NCBI GenBank assembly: GCA_965198115.1
Contig: OZ240241.1
Location: forward strand, 4,480,001-4,544,000
Reading direction: 5' to 3'
Length of the DNA stretch: 64,000 nt
From: Candidatus Latescibacterota bacterium
Lineage (GTDB): Bacteria > Latescibacterota > UBA2968
How positions within the stretch are numbered: the first letter of the stretch is position 1; each line of letters starts with the position of its first letter. Both the position numbers and the translations under genes were made by a program. Shown one piece after another: positions 41,133 through 50,819 of the stretch. The notes below the pieces were generated by a model, which saw only the letters and a list, made by a program, of their open reading frames with translations, searched no databases and was not told the origin of the DNA.

Positions 41133-41914
41133 TTGACGTCTATGCAAAGGAAACAGACACGATCCGCCGAGTCCGCCAAGGCCTACCAGGCACAGAACAC
41201 CGATTCCGCACGCGAGCAAAAGCTGATGGAATACCTCCCGCTCGTGAAGTACATCGCGGGCAGGATCGCCATCGGTCTGCCCAAGTCGGTGGAGCTCGAT
41301 GACCTCATCAACGCCGGTGTCGTCGGCCTGATCGAGGCTCACGCGAACTTCGACGCGAGCAAGGGCGTCAAGTTCGAAAGCTACGCCTCCATGCGAATTC
41401 GGGGCTCGATCCTCGACGAGCTGAGGGCCATCGATTGGGCGCCCCGCTCCACTCGGGCGAAGTCCCGCGAAATGGAGCGTTCGATTTCCGATCTTCAAAA
41501 CACGCTCGGACGTTCCCCCAGCGAGCAGGAAATCGCCGAAAACCTCGATGTCTCGATCGACGACCTCTACAAGCTGCTCGATGACCTCTCTTCCACGACC
41601 CTGCTGTCGCTCGACGAGCTGACCTACGGATCCGACGACGACAAACCGGTTGCCCTCGTCGACACGCTCAAGTCCCAGGAGAACTCGGACGGCTGACCGA
41701 CCTCGAGCGGGAGGAAATGCGCAATCTGCTCGTTGACTCGATCGGTTTGCTGACCGACCAGGAGCGTCTCGTCATCGCGCTCTACTACTACGAAGAACTC
41801 ACACTCAAAGAAATCGGACAGGTGATGGAATTGTCCGAATCACGCGTCTCGCAAATCCACACCAAAGCAGTTCTGAGCCTCCGCGGCAAGCTGCGGATGC
41901 GCCTGCTGCCCTGA
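41133..41914 (+). pseudogene. fliA: Flagellar sigma28 FliA, frameshifted near 41692
   Basis: 'YLPLVKYIA', 'RIRGSILDELR..DW.PRS'; region 4 'LYYYEELTLKEIG....SESRVSQIH' in another frame. Confidence 0.9.
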
Positions 41915-41918
41915 TATC

Positions 41919-42908
41919 GTGCCGAAGCAGAGACAACAGACACGGGCAGAGATCGATCTCCTGCAGGAACAGCGCCAACGTCTGCGTCGGGTTACCGAGC
42001 GGATCATCGGTCTTCCTTCCCTGCCCACCGTCGTCACGCAGCTCCTGTCGATCGTCGGCGATCCGGCGTCTTCGGCGCGCGACGTGTCCCAGCTCATTTC
42101 CACCGATCAGGCCCTGACCGCGAAGATTCTCAAAGTCGCCAACTCGGCGTTCTACGGGTTCCCGCGAAAGATCGCCACCGTCCAGCTCGCCATCGTTGTC
42201 CTCGGATTCGAGACCGTCAAAAACCTCGGTCTGAGCGTGGCTGTCCTCAAGCGCTTCCACCAGGGCAACGATCATCCCCTGTTCGATCGTCAGCAGTTCT
42301 GGGAGCACGCGATCGGCTGTGGTGTGGCCGGGCGGATGCTGGCACGACAACGCGATCGAAAGCTCGAAGGCGAGGCGTTCGTGGCCGGTGTGCTCCACGA
42401 CATCGGAAAGCTCATTTTGATCGAATACTTCCCCGACGAGTTCGGCGAAGCGCTGGAGCGGTCCAGGGAAGACCTCCTCTCCATCGCCGAGGCCGAGGAG
42501 CAGGTCATCGGCGTCACACACGCCGAGATCGGCGGTTGGCTGGCGGAGAAGTGGAAATTACCCGAGTCTCTCGTCAACGCGATCGCCCACCATCACTCGC
42601 CGTTCGATCTGGATGAACCCGACGAGATTCTCCTCGTAACCCACATGGCCAACGCCCTGACCCGTCACAACCGGATCGGGAGTGGTGGCGACAGACTCGG
42701 CGCATCGCTCAACCCGAAAGTGGCCGACGTCTTCAAAAATGGCCGCGACATCAGCGACGACGTCCTGCTGTCGGAATTGAGCGAAGGCTACCGTGAGGAA
42801 ATCGAAACGGCTCGTGTTTTCACCGATCTCGAGGGGGAGCTCTTCCAGTCGCCTGGCGAAACGCAGACGTCAGAAGACAACGAGGGAGGTGCGCCAGTCG
42901 GCGCCTAG
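41919..42908 (+). CDS. HDOD-domain protein
   Basis: 'LPSLP', 'DQALTAKILKVANSAFYG', 'FWEHA', 'GVLHDIGK', 'HAEIG..LAEKWKLP'. Confidence 0.92.
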   Translation: MPKQRQQTRAEIDLLQEQRQRLRRVTERIIGLPSLPTVVTQLLSIVGDPASSARDVSQLISTDQALTAKILKVANSAFYGFPRKIATVQLAIVVLGFETVKNLGLSVAVLKRFHQGNDHPLFDRQQFWEHAIGCGVAGRMLARQRDRKLEGEAFVAGVLHDIGKLILIEYFPDEFGEALERSREDLLSIAEAEEQVIGVTHAEIGGWLAEKWKLPESLVNAIAHHHSPFDLDEPDEILLVTHMANALTRHNRIGSGGDRLGASLNPKVADVFKNGRDISDDVLLSELSEGYREEIETARVFTDLEGELFQSPGETQTSEDNEGGAPVGA

Positions 42909-42911
42909 AAC

Positions 42912-43811
42912 GTGGCACAATCGACCGAACAGATCACCGACCTTTTGCAAGAAGCCCGTGCCCTCCTTCGATCGGACGATCCCGATGCCACCGAGGGCAT
43001 GACCGAGCTTTTTCGGGACCTCGTTCGCGAGCTCGGGGCCCTCAAAAAGGACCGGGATCTAACACGCAAGCAACTCGAAGCTTCGCAGGACCAACTCGTC
43101 CAATCCGGGAAGATGGCAGCGGTCGGGCAGCTCGCAGCGGGCGTCGCCCACGAGGTGAACAACCCCCTCCAGATCATTCTGAGCCGCGTTCAGCTGCTGA
43201 TGATGCGCCACAAAGAGGACGTGGGGCTCGTCAAAGACCTGCGCCTCGTCGAATCGAACGTCAAACGAATCTCGAGGATCATACGCAGCCTCCTCGATTT
43301 TGCTCGACACAACAGTGGTGATGAGGAATCCAGAGAAATCGACCTCGTCTACCTGGTCAATCAGACCATCAACTTGATGCACCACCTGCTCGAAAAGGGC
43401 AATGTCACCACACGCGTTCACGCATCCGACGAGCGCCCCATTCGGATCGTGGGCAACGTCGGCGAAATCGAGCAGGTCTTCCTGAACCTGTTGATCAACG
43501 CGCTCCAGGCGATGGAAGGCGGAGGCACGATCGACCTCGATCTCGAAAGCGATGGGGACACGGTGCGAGTCCGGTTCCGGGATACGGGTGAAGGCATACC
43601 CGAAGAAAACCTGCCGCGGGTGTTCGAGCCATTTTTCACGACACGCGAGGCTCAGGGTGGCACGGGGCTCGGTCTCTCCATCATCTTTGGCATCATCGAA
43701 AAGCATGGAGCGCACATCGAAGTCGACAGTGAACTCGGTCAGGGCACCACTTTTTCCATGCGCTTCAAGGCAATCGACGATCTGATCGGAGGCACCCTTG
43801 CAGGGCATTGA
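42912..43811 (+). CDS. Cytoplasmic histidine kinase (HisKA-HATPase)
   Basis: 'AHEVNNPL', 'NLLINA', 'DTGEG', 'PFFTT', 'GTGLGL'. Confidence 0.92.
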   Translation: MAQSTEQITDLLQEARALLRSDDPDATEGMTELFRDLVRELGALKKDRDLTRKQLEASQDQLVQSGKMAAVGQLAAGVAHEVNNPLQIILSRVQLLMMRHKEDVGLVKDLRLVESNVKRISRIIRSLLDFARHNSGDEESREIDLVYLVNQTINLMHHLLEKGNVTTRVHASDERPIRIVGNVGEIEQVFLNLLINALQAMEGGGTIDLDLESDGDTVRVRFRDTGEGIPEENLPRVFEPFFTTREAQGGTGLGLSIIFGIIEKHGAHIEVDSELGQGTTFSMRFKAIDDLIGGTLAGH

Positions 43812-44266
43812 GATCCTCGTCATCACCCTGGCCGCCTTCTTCGGTCTCGGCATCTTCTTCGCCATTCTGCTCTGGTGTCGGAGCTGGCAACGGGACCAGC
43901 GGGATCTGACCGATCGACAGATACAGACGCTGCAGGTCCAGGTCGAACGCCTCCGGGACGCCATCGAGATGCTCGATCCATCGACTCCGAGGCGTGCCCA
44001 AGGAGGCGACCGACGAATCGGCGCAGACACCGTCCAAAAAGACGACGCCATCGAAACAGAAGACGATCGACGACGCCACATCCCATTCCCAGTCACCACC
44101 GGCTGAGTCGGTGCCTTCCACAGGCGACAGATACCGGGACGTCCATTCCCTCCTCAAAAAGGGACAGTCGACGGTCGAAATCGCCCACGAACTCGACATC
44201 GGTGTCGCCGAAGTCCGCATGATCGCTCGAATGGAGGCGATCAAATCGCCCGACCCCGGCACGTGA
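43798..44266 (+). pseudogene. DUF2802/DUF6115-like flagellar-operon membrane protein, frameshifted (~43980)
   Basis: TM and coiled coil in one frame; HTH-like 'YRDVHSLLKKGQSTVEIAHELDIGVAEVRMI' in another. Confidence 0.65.
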
Positions 44267-44294
44267 CCGCTGTTTCGTGCCAGAGGAAAACACC

Positions 44295-44870
44295 ATGTGC
44301 TCACACCCCCACCCCCGTCTCTCACTCCTTCTCTGCAGCCTTTTCGCAATCGCAGCCTCGTGCGGGAGCGAAGCCCCGACCGGTATCAGCACGTCCGACA
44401 TGCAGGGTACCTGGAGCGGCACGTTCGCGCAGACCAACCTGATGGGACGCACCTTGAGTGGAGACGTCGACTGGACATTCGACCGAGACACGTTTCGGAT
44501 CGTCTTCTTCAACGCACCCGAGGACCAGGCGGAAAGAATCGAAGGTGACTGGAAATTCAGCGAGGGGAAGGTCGTCGTCACCCTCAAGTCCAGCTTCCCG
44601 ATCGAGACGGACATCGGCGAAGTGGATACCCTTTTCGTCTCGATCCTGCGTGACGAAATGTCCATCAATTCGGCCAACCTGACCGAAGCCGTCCTCCTCC
44701 AGAAAACCAGACTCGGCCGTGGCGGTCTCGGGATAGCGCCCTGGATGATCGCCTCCAGGGAATCCGCCAACGTCGTAGCGGGATTGAACCGCGCCGCCTG
44801 CTCGACCGCACCGACCCCCTTCCGAAAACACCGTGCAATCCACGTCGATCACACCCACCCTCCGGTTTAA
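44295..44870 (+). CDS. Lipoprotein, possibly lipocalin-like
   Basis: RBS gagg; lipobox 'IAASC'; 'QGTWSGT', 'EGDWKF'. Confidence 0.7.
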   Translation: MCSHPHPRLSLLLCSLFAIAASCGSEAPTGISTSDMQGTWSGTFAQTNLMGRTLSGDVDWTFDRDTFRIVFFNAPEDQAERIEGDWKFSEGKVVVTLKSSFPIETDIGEVDTLFVSILRDEMSINSANLTEAVLLQKTRLGRGGLGIAPWMIASRESANVVAGLNRAACSTAPTPFRKHRAIHVDHTHPPV

Positions 44871-46092
44871 TTTCATCGGCGAGGGTGAGCGCAACACCCT
44901 CCTGTCGCGTCTCACCGAAGGCCAAACCCTCCAGGCCCGCGTTGTCGAAGATCTCTCCGACGGACGCTGGGCCATTCGTTTTCTGGGTCACACGCTCGTC
45001 GCCGAAAGCCGACTGAACCTGGCCAAGGGCCAACTCGTCGAAGCGCGTGTTCAGGACCTCGGCCCACCCCTCGTGCTCTCGATCGCCGGAAGACCGGGGT
45101 CCGAAGGCGAAGCGGTGACGAACGCGCTACAGCGGTTCGGGCTGCCCGCCGACACGACCCACCGCGCCATACTGACGGCGCTCATTCGCGAAGGCGTCGC
45201 CATCACGCGCGGGTCCGTCCTGGAGCTGGCGGCCACACTCCAACAATTGGCCGATCAGGGGTTCGATGGGATCCAGCTCGACGACCTGGTGGGCCGCATT
45301 CTCCTGTTGCGATCGAAAGGCGTGCCCGTCACACCCGATGCCTTGGCGGCATTCTACGGATCTGCGCCCTCGGCCGTGCTGGGGGGTCTCATCGCGCAGC
45401 TGGGTGATCTGCTCAAAGCCGAAGCCAGACGTCTCAAAATCGATTCGGCTCTCGTCGATGCCATCGAACGCCTGAGATCCGACCTCCCCAACGCACGGAA
45501 TCTCGATGGCCCGAACCTCCAGCGTTGGATCGCCAGAATGGGGTTCGACATCGAACGGCAGATGACCGGGGGGATCGAAACGAATCAGACGGATCTCCGG
45601 GATACCCTCAGGGCCCTCCTCGGGCGGCTGGGGGCGCTGGACGAACAGAGCGATGCCGGAAACACGATCGAACGCGCCCTCAAATTACTCGACACGCTCC
45701 GCCTCGACGCGCTGCCCGGACGTGACGGGAGCGACCTCAGGCTCCAGGTCCCGCTCGTCTTCGGCAACGAATCGACAACCGTCGATCTGCACCTGTCGAG
45801 ACAGGGCGGCAACGCGCAGGCGACCGTCGACCCGACCCACTACACGCTCACCCTCCGCGTCACGCTCAGCCGGTTGGGCGAGGTCCAGGCCACCCTGACG
45901 AGGCACGAATCACGCACGACGTGTCATCTGACCGTCGCGGATCCAGAGCGGGCTGCCTGGCTTGAGAAGGCCTGCGCCGAGCTCGTCGAAGGGTTGGAGC
46001 AATCGGGGGTCGAGGTCGGATCGATTGCCGTCAGATCCCGCCCTTCACGGTCTGAGGAGCCCGCTCGAGTCGGGATCGACCTAAAAATCTGA
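44833..46092 (+). CDS. Protein with FliK-like C-terminal domain
   Basis: 'GQTLQARVVE...IRFLG..LVAES' N-terminus; 'LQVPL...LSRLGEVQATL...ELVEGLEQSGVEVGSI', ends 'GIDLKI'. Confidence 0.7.
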   Translation: MQSTSITPTLRFNFIGEGERNTLLSRLTEGQTLQARVVEDLSDGRWAIRFLGHTLVAESRLNLAKGQLVEARVQDLGPPLVLSIAGRPGSEGEAVTNALQRFGLPADTTHRAILTALIREGVAITRGSVLELAATLQQLADQGFDGIQLDDLVGRILLLRSKGVPVTPDALAAFYGSAPSAVLGGLIAQLGDLLKAEARRLKIDSALVDAIERLRSDLPNARNLDGPNLQRWIARMGFDIERQMTGGIETNQTDLRDTLRALLGRLGALDEQSDAGNTIERALKLLDTLRLDALPGRDGSDLRLQVPLVFGNESTTVDLHLSRQGGNAQATVDPTHYTLTLRVTLSRLGEVQATLTRHESRTTCHLTVADPERAAWLEKACAELVEGLEQSGVEVGSIAVRSRPSRSEEPARVGIDLKI

Positions 46093-46107
46093 AGGTCCCC
46101 CCAAAAC

Positions 46108-46152
46108 AAGGGCGCCCGATCCCCACCGGGGACCGGGCGCCGTTTTTTCTTT
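46108..46152. terminator. Bidirectional rho-independent terminator between convergent genes
   Basis: ggcgcccgatcccc-acc-ggggaccgggcgcc followed by gttttttcttt. Confidence 0.8.
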
Positions 46153-46162
46153 GATGTCGAGT

Positions 46163-46830
46163 CTATGGATTGAAACTGTTCGCCAAAACGAGAAAGTCCT
46201 CGAACCCGATCTGACCATTGCCATCGATATCGAACCGGCCCTCGAAGTCGACGTCCGTCGACTGTTCACCAAAATGACCGGCAAACTGAAGGAAATCCGT
46301 AAAGTCGACTTGCCCGTCCGTGTTGAAATCACCGGGCGTGGAGGAGCGCACGATCAGAAGCCCGTTCAGCGCCACCGCCTGTGGCGAGCGATCGTTCAGG
46401 ATCGCCGAATCGAACGTGATCGGGCTGGACTCGCCGAGCGTTCCTTCCGAAACCGTCATTTCCAGATACACGAACGTCCCCGATCCGACCGCGGGATCTT
46501 CGACCGTGAACACCCCGATGCTCATCAATCCGACGGTATCCTGCGCGCTCAGGGTCAGACTGCGCTCGGCGTGATTCCACCCCTCGGTCAGCGTGCCCTG
46601 ATACAGGACGCGGGCCGAGCTCACGACGCGGGGGTCGTATCCGATCACCAGGTTGCTCGACAGAACGCCCAGACCTGTCAGATCGGAGATCGTCACAGGT
46701 ACGAGAACCGTCTCTCCCGGTTCGGCCGTCACCTCGGGCAGACGGATCTCCACCGGGACCTGACCCGAAACCTGGGCGATCGCGGAGCGCGCACCGAGCA
46801 CGCCCACGACAGCCAGAATCCCGCAGAGCG
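46163..46830 (-). CDS. Cohesin + dockerin-like adaptor protein (start uncertain)
   Basis: Cohesin-like 'EVTAEPGETVLVPVTISDL...VIGYDP...GSGTFVYLEMTV...SPITFD'; tail 'GDFNTDGQVDFTDFLQFAGHFG...RFDIDGNGQIGFEDF'. Confidence 0.8.
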
Positions 46831-46832
46831 TC

Positions 46833-49800
46833 CTACCTGAGCAGCAGAACTTTCTGAGTCGACGTGAAGGGACCCGCCTGGAGTTGCAGCAGGTAAACAC
46901 CCGTGGCAACTGCGGCTCCACCCGTGTCGCGTCCATCCCAAACAACCGTATGGATTCCTGGTTCATAGTGGCGATCGAGGAGCGTTCGGATCAGCTGACC
47001 CAAAACGTTGTAGACGTGGATCCGTACCTGGTTGGCGACCGGCAGGTCGAACCCGACCGTCGTCTCGGGATTGAACGGATTCGGAAAGTTGGGGCGGAAA
47101 GCGTAGTGCAGAGGTAGGTCGTGCAAAATGTCCGATTCGGCGAGTTGGGACGCCAGAACGAGACTGCCATTCAACGACAGATGGCGCAAGACCAGATGCG
47201 GCGAGCTCTCTGGCTGATCCAATTCAACCACCAATCGAACAACGACTCCTTCGCCTTCTTCTGTTGATTCCAGACCGGCCAGAGCGAAGACATACCCCTC
47301 TTCATGAGCCTTGCCAGCCCTCATGTAGGAAGCGTAGGAGTCGGCGGCGAGCACCCCTGTGATTCTCCCGCCCTCTATCATGATATCGGCAACAATCGAC
47401 ACCACTTGAGAGCGATCGGACAGAATCAGCGGGAATTCCACGTTCTGATCGGTCCCGGGTGCCGGAGGCCCGAACCGAACCGGCGGGCCTCCGAGCTTCA
47501 GGAACGGGTGATTCTTCACATCTTCAGGTGGCGTCATCGACAAATCTGTTTGAACAGGAAACTCCTCGATCAGCCCGACCACGAATCGCGCCGTCAGGGC
47601 GGCATCGAAGCCCGTGATCGTGCTGCTCCCATCCACGTCGGCGATCAAGAAATCCGAAAGAGGCCGCGCCGGGGCCTCGGGAAGCGCCTCATCGACGGAG
47701 AACTCCAGGATGAGAGACGCGTCGAAAGCCTGGATGCTTCCGTTCAGGTCGATATCCCCGAACTGCTCGATGACGAACGTCGTGGCGAACACCGAATCGG
47801 GCGCACCCGTCGAGGTCAGGCTGTCGAAGAAGGCCACGTTCAGGGAATCGTCGGCCGAGATCGACAGCACCCCATCGTCATCGGTTCCCATCGTATCCTG
47901 GACGGTATCCAGACGCAGCCTGAACTGACCTGAGTTGGCGGATGATTCGATGAGGTCGAGGGTCTCGACCTCTCCGCTCACGCGGTTGACGAGCCGAGCG
48001 CGCACCGTATCGATCATCTCGGCACGGACGTTTTCGTCATCGTCCACCACCTGCACACGCACCGCATCCTTGACCGTGTTTCCAGACGAGGCCTGGACCA
48101 CGACGCTGACGGAAAGATCCGCATCGCGCCACGGCACGATCTGAGCCGCTCCGACGACCCGCGTCGTATCCCCCGATCCGGCCAGGGAGTCCAGATACTC
48201 CATTTCCAGGCTGTCCCGCAAGGCAACTGTCAGGAATCCGTCCCCGTTCAGACTGGTCGTGCCCACTCCATTCGAATCCCACAGGGTCGGGAACGTCCGC
48301 TCGAAGATCCCGCTCGAGCGATCGGTCTCCCTCAGGAAAACCGTTCGGTGTCGGCATTCGTCGCTGCGAACACCCGCACGAAAAGACTGTCGCGTTGTGA
48401 AGTCTCACGGTTCCGATCCTGATCGATGACCAGCACCTGGATCGAATCCGTAGGGCTGATCGTATCGGGCTGCGCGAGGATGATGCCGTCGATACCCCCC
48501 GTCATCGGCACTTGAACCGTCACCGTCTGTACAGCGCCCAGGTCCGTCAACAGATCATCCCACGCGATCTGCAACGTGTCACCCGCCACGCCGGTGATGA
48601 CCCCGTCACCGATCGTGACATCCGTCCCGTGATCCGTCGGCAGGACGGCCACGAATCGTCCCGATGTTGGGGCCGTCTCCCTCAGCGTAACCTGCACCGT
48701 GTCGGCTCGGCTCGGGTTCGTCGCCACGACCACGGCAGAATCGTTCGCCGCGTCGCTCAGGTTGGCATCGGTATCGACCAGGGTGATCGTCAGGTCTCCG
48801 CGCGGCCCGACCGGATTGGGTAGGACACTCAAAACCGCGTTTTGACCCTGGCTCCGGACCGTACCACTCGAGAGCAGACCAACCGTGGGTGTTCCGTCGT
48901 TGAAAAGCACGCTCACGAGGTCGAGTTCGGCTGGCGATGCCAGCAGTTCGAACGTCAACCTGAGAAGCGTCCCATCCCCTGTCACGGCCAGCGCATCCAT
49001 AAACGTCGCCACTCTGAGCGTGTCGACATCGTTCGTTCCATCGATCACGTTGGTCACAAAGTTCCACGCATCCGTCTTCGTCAGAGTAGACGCGACTTCC
49101 TCGAATCGAAGCTGTGAGCCGTCGAACGACACGGTGATCTCCGCAGAGCGAATCGAGTCCGCACTCAGAAACTGGGAAATCTCGATCGGGATCTGAACCA
49201 GGTTCGAGGTCGCGAAGACATTCGGAACTTCCACGCGCACATCCGGTGAAACCGCACGCTGCGAGAGCGCGAGAACCTGGTTCGTGGAAACCTGGGCGAA
49301 CGTCTGCGTGTCACCCGATGGCCACGCCAGAATGAGCGTGTCGACCACAACCGCCGTGCCCGCTCCGAACATCGCGTCGATCGCGTGGTGCGATGCGGTC
49401 CCGACCTGCGGGCTGATGTATCGAAGCTGGCGCAACCCACCCACATCGATCGTCACCCGTGCGCCAATGCTGCCCGCTTGTCCTCCCGTATCCGTCAGGC
49501 GTAGCGACAGCCACCGGTTGGCGACCTCCGAGTCGTTCCGGTAAAGCGCGCTGGACGTGGAATCGTCACCCGCGAAGAAGAGATCGAGATCCCCGTCACC
49601 ATCGTAGTCTCCCCACGCCATCGCCGCGATCTCGCGCGTTTGGAGGAGCCCCTCCAGAGTCGCCACCTGGCCAAAAGTCCCCGACCCAAGGTTGCGATAC
49701 AGAAGGGGTTCATCCGGCGTCGCCACGAAGAGATCGATCGATCCGTCGTTGTCGTAGTCCGCCCAGCCGTGAGCAACGCTCGAGGCAGTCGACCCGACGC

Positions 49801-50656
49801 CGGCCGCATCGGTCACATCCGTGAACGTCCCGCTCCCGTTGTTCGTGAAGAGGCGATCGGCGGCGGGTGCCTCGTGCGCAAGGAAAAGATCGAGGTCGCC
49901 GTCACCGTCCACGTCCGCCCAGCTGGACCCCGTCTGCAGGCTGTCGGCGAAAGCCAGATTGGACGTCCCCGCGTTGTCGACCAGCAGACCGGCGGTGTTG
50001 CGGTAGAGACGGTTGGCCTGCGCCTGGGCGAACCCGGAAAGAAACAGGTCCAAGTCCCCGTCGTTGTCGACATCGGCCCACGAGGGACTCGCGAAGTCCC
50101 CCGTCGTGATTCCGATCGCCGAAGCCGTATCCGAAAAACTTCCCGCGCCGTCGTTGATGTAGAGCGAAACGACGCCAGCCGAATCGACCAGGGTCAGGTC
50201 GAGATCGAGATCCCCGTCGTAATCGACCCACTGTGCATCGCCCCTCCAGCCGGCAGCCGGGATTCCGCTGCCGCCGATCACGTTCGTGAACGACCCGCCC
50301 CCGTCGTTCCGAAACAGCCCGGCCGCCGTCGAATCCGCCGAGAACAGGTCGAGCCTCCCATCCGAGTTGAAATCACCCCAGGCCACACCGGTCTGACCCA
50401 CGGCGAGCGGTCCCAATCCGGTTCGGGTGAAGACGATCCCGTTGTTCTGGAACAACACATCTGGACGTCCCCGAACCCCGAGGTAGAGATCGAGGTCGCC
50501 ATCCGCGTCCACGTCGACCCAAGAAACCCGCTCGACATCCCCGGGAACGGCCAGATTCAGGCTGAACGTCACATCGGTGAAAAATCGACCGTGGCTCGAG
50601 CCAGAGAGAGCGAAAAAGCCCAAGAAAGCCAGAATGAGCAGAGAAATCCGGTCCAT
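46833..50656 (-). pseudogene. Giant secreted protein (FG-GAP propeller, ASPIC/UnbV, cohesin, three Ig-like repeats, dockerin, cohesin-like domain, T9SS/FlgD-type CTD); one frameshift near 48344, possibly a sequencing error
   Basis: Repeated 'W.D.D.DGDLDL'; 'IGARVT...FG.G...WPSG'; a one-base shift joins ...ADTE to VFLRETDRSSGIF; 'GDIDLNGSIQAFDA'; 'NFPNPFNPET...VYNVLGQ...WDG...TGVY'. Confidence 0.82.
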
Positions 50657-50686
50657 GACCCCTTCAGCAGCTGAATCCTGCGCGCA

Positions 50687-50770
50687 CAAACAAAAAGGCA
50701 CCCCTATCTGCCGGTTTTCCCGACAGATAGAGGTGCCCTCCTTGGACACCAGAATGTCCTCCTTGGACAC
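50687..50770 (-). ncRNA. Putative CsrA/RsmA-binding sRNA or attenuator leader (two AAGGA-loop hairpins plus terminator)
   Basis: gtgtcc-AAGGA-ggacat; ggtgtcc-AAGGA-gggcacc; then ggcacctctatctgtcgg-gaaaa-ccggcagataggggtgcc-tttttgtttg. Confidence 0.55.
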
Positions 50771-50774
50771 CGAA

Positions 50775-50803
50775 AAAGTATTGCATCGACCGATGAAAGT
50801 CAA
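50775..50803 (-). promoter_or_regulatory. Sigma70-like promoter for the AAGGA-hairpin RNA
   Basis: TTGACT-N17-TACTTT. Confidence 0.55.
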
Positions 50804-50819
50804 TCGGCTATTCGTACCC

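Noticed and set aside
33174-46092. Non-flagellar type III injectisome
   Set aside because: Genes are flagellar-type (flgB, fliE, flhG, fliA); no secretin, needle or export gate is present, and fliF/fliH are disrupted
46163-50656. True cellulosome
   Set aside because: No glycoside hydrolase, lyase or CBM domain is recognisable on any cohesin- or dockerin-bearing protein here
50735-50771. Direct repeat cctccttggacacc as a CRISPR remnant
   Set aside because: Two 14-bp copies 7 bp apart and no cas genes; explained by the twin hairpins
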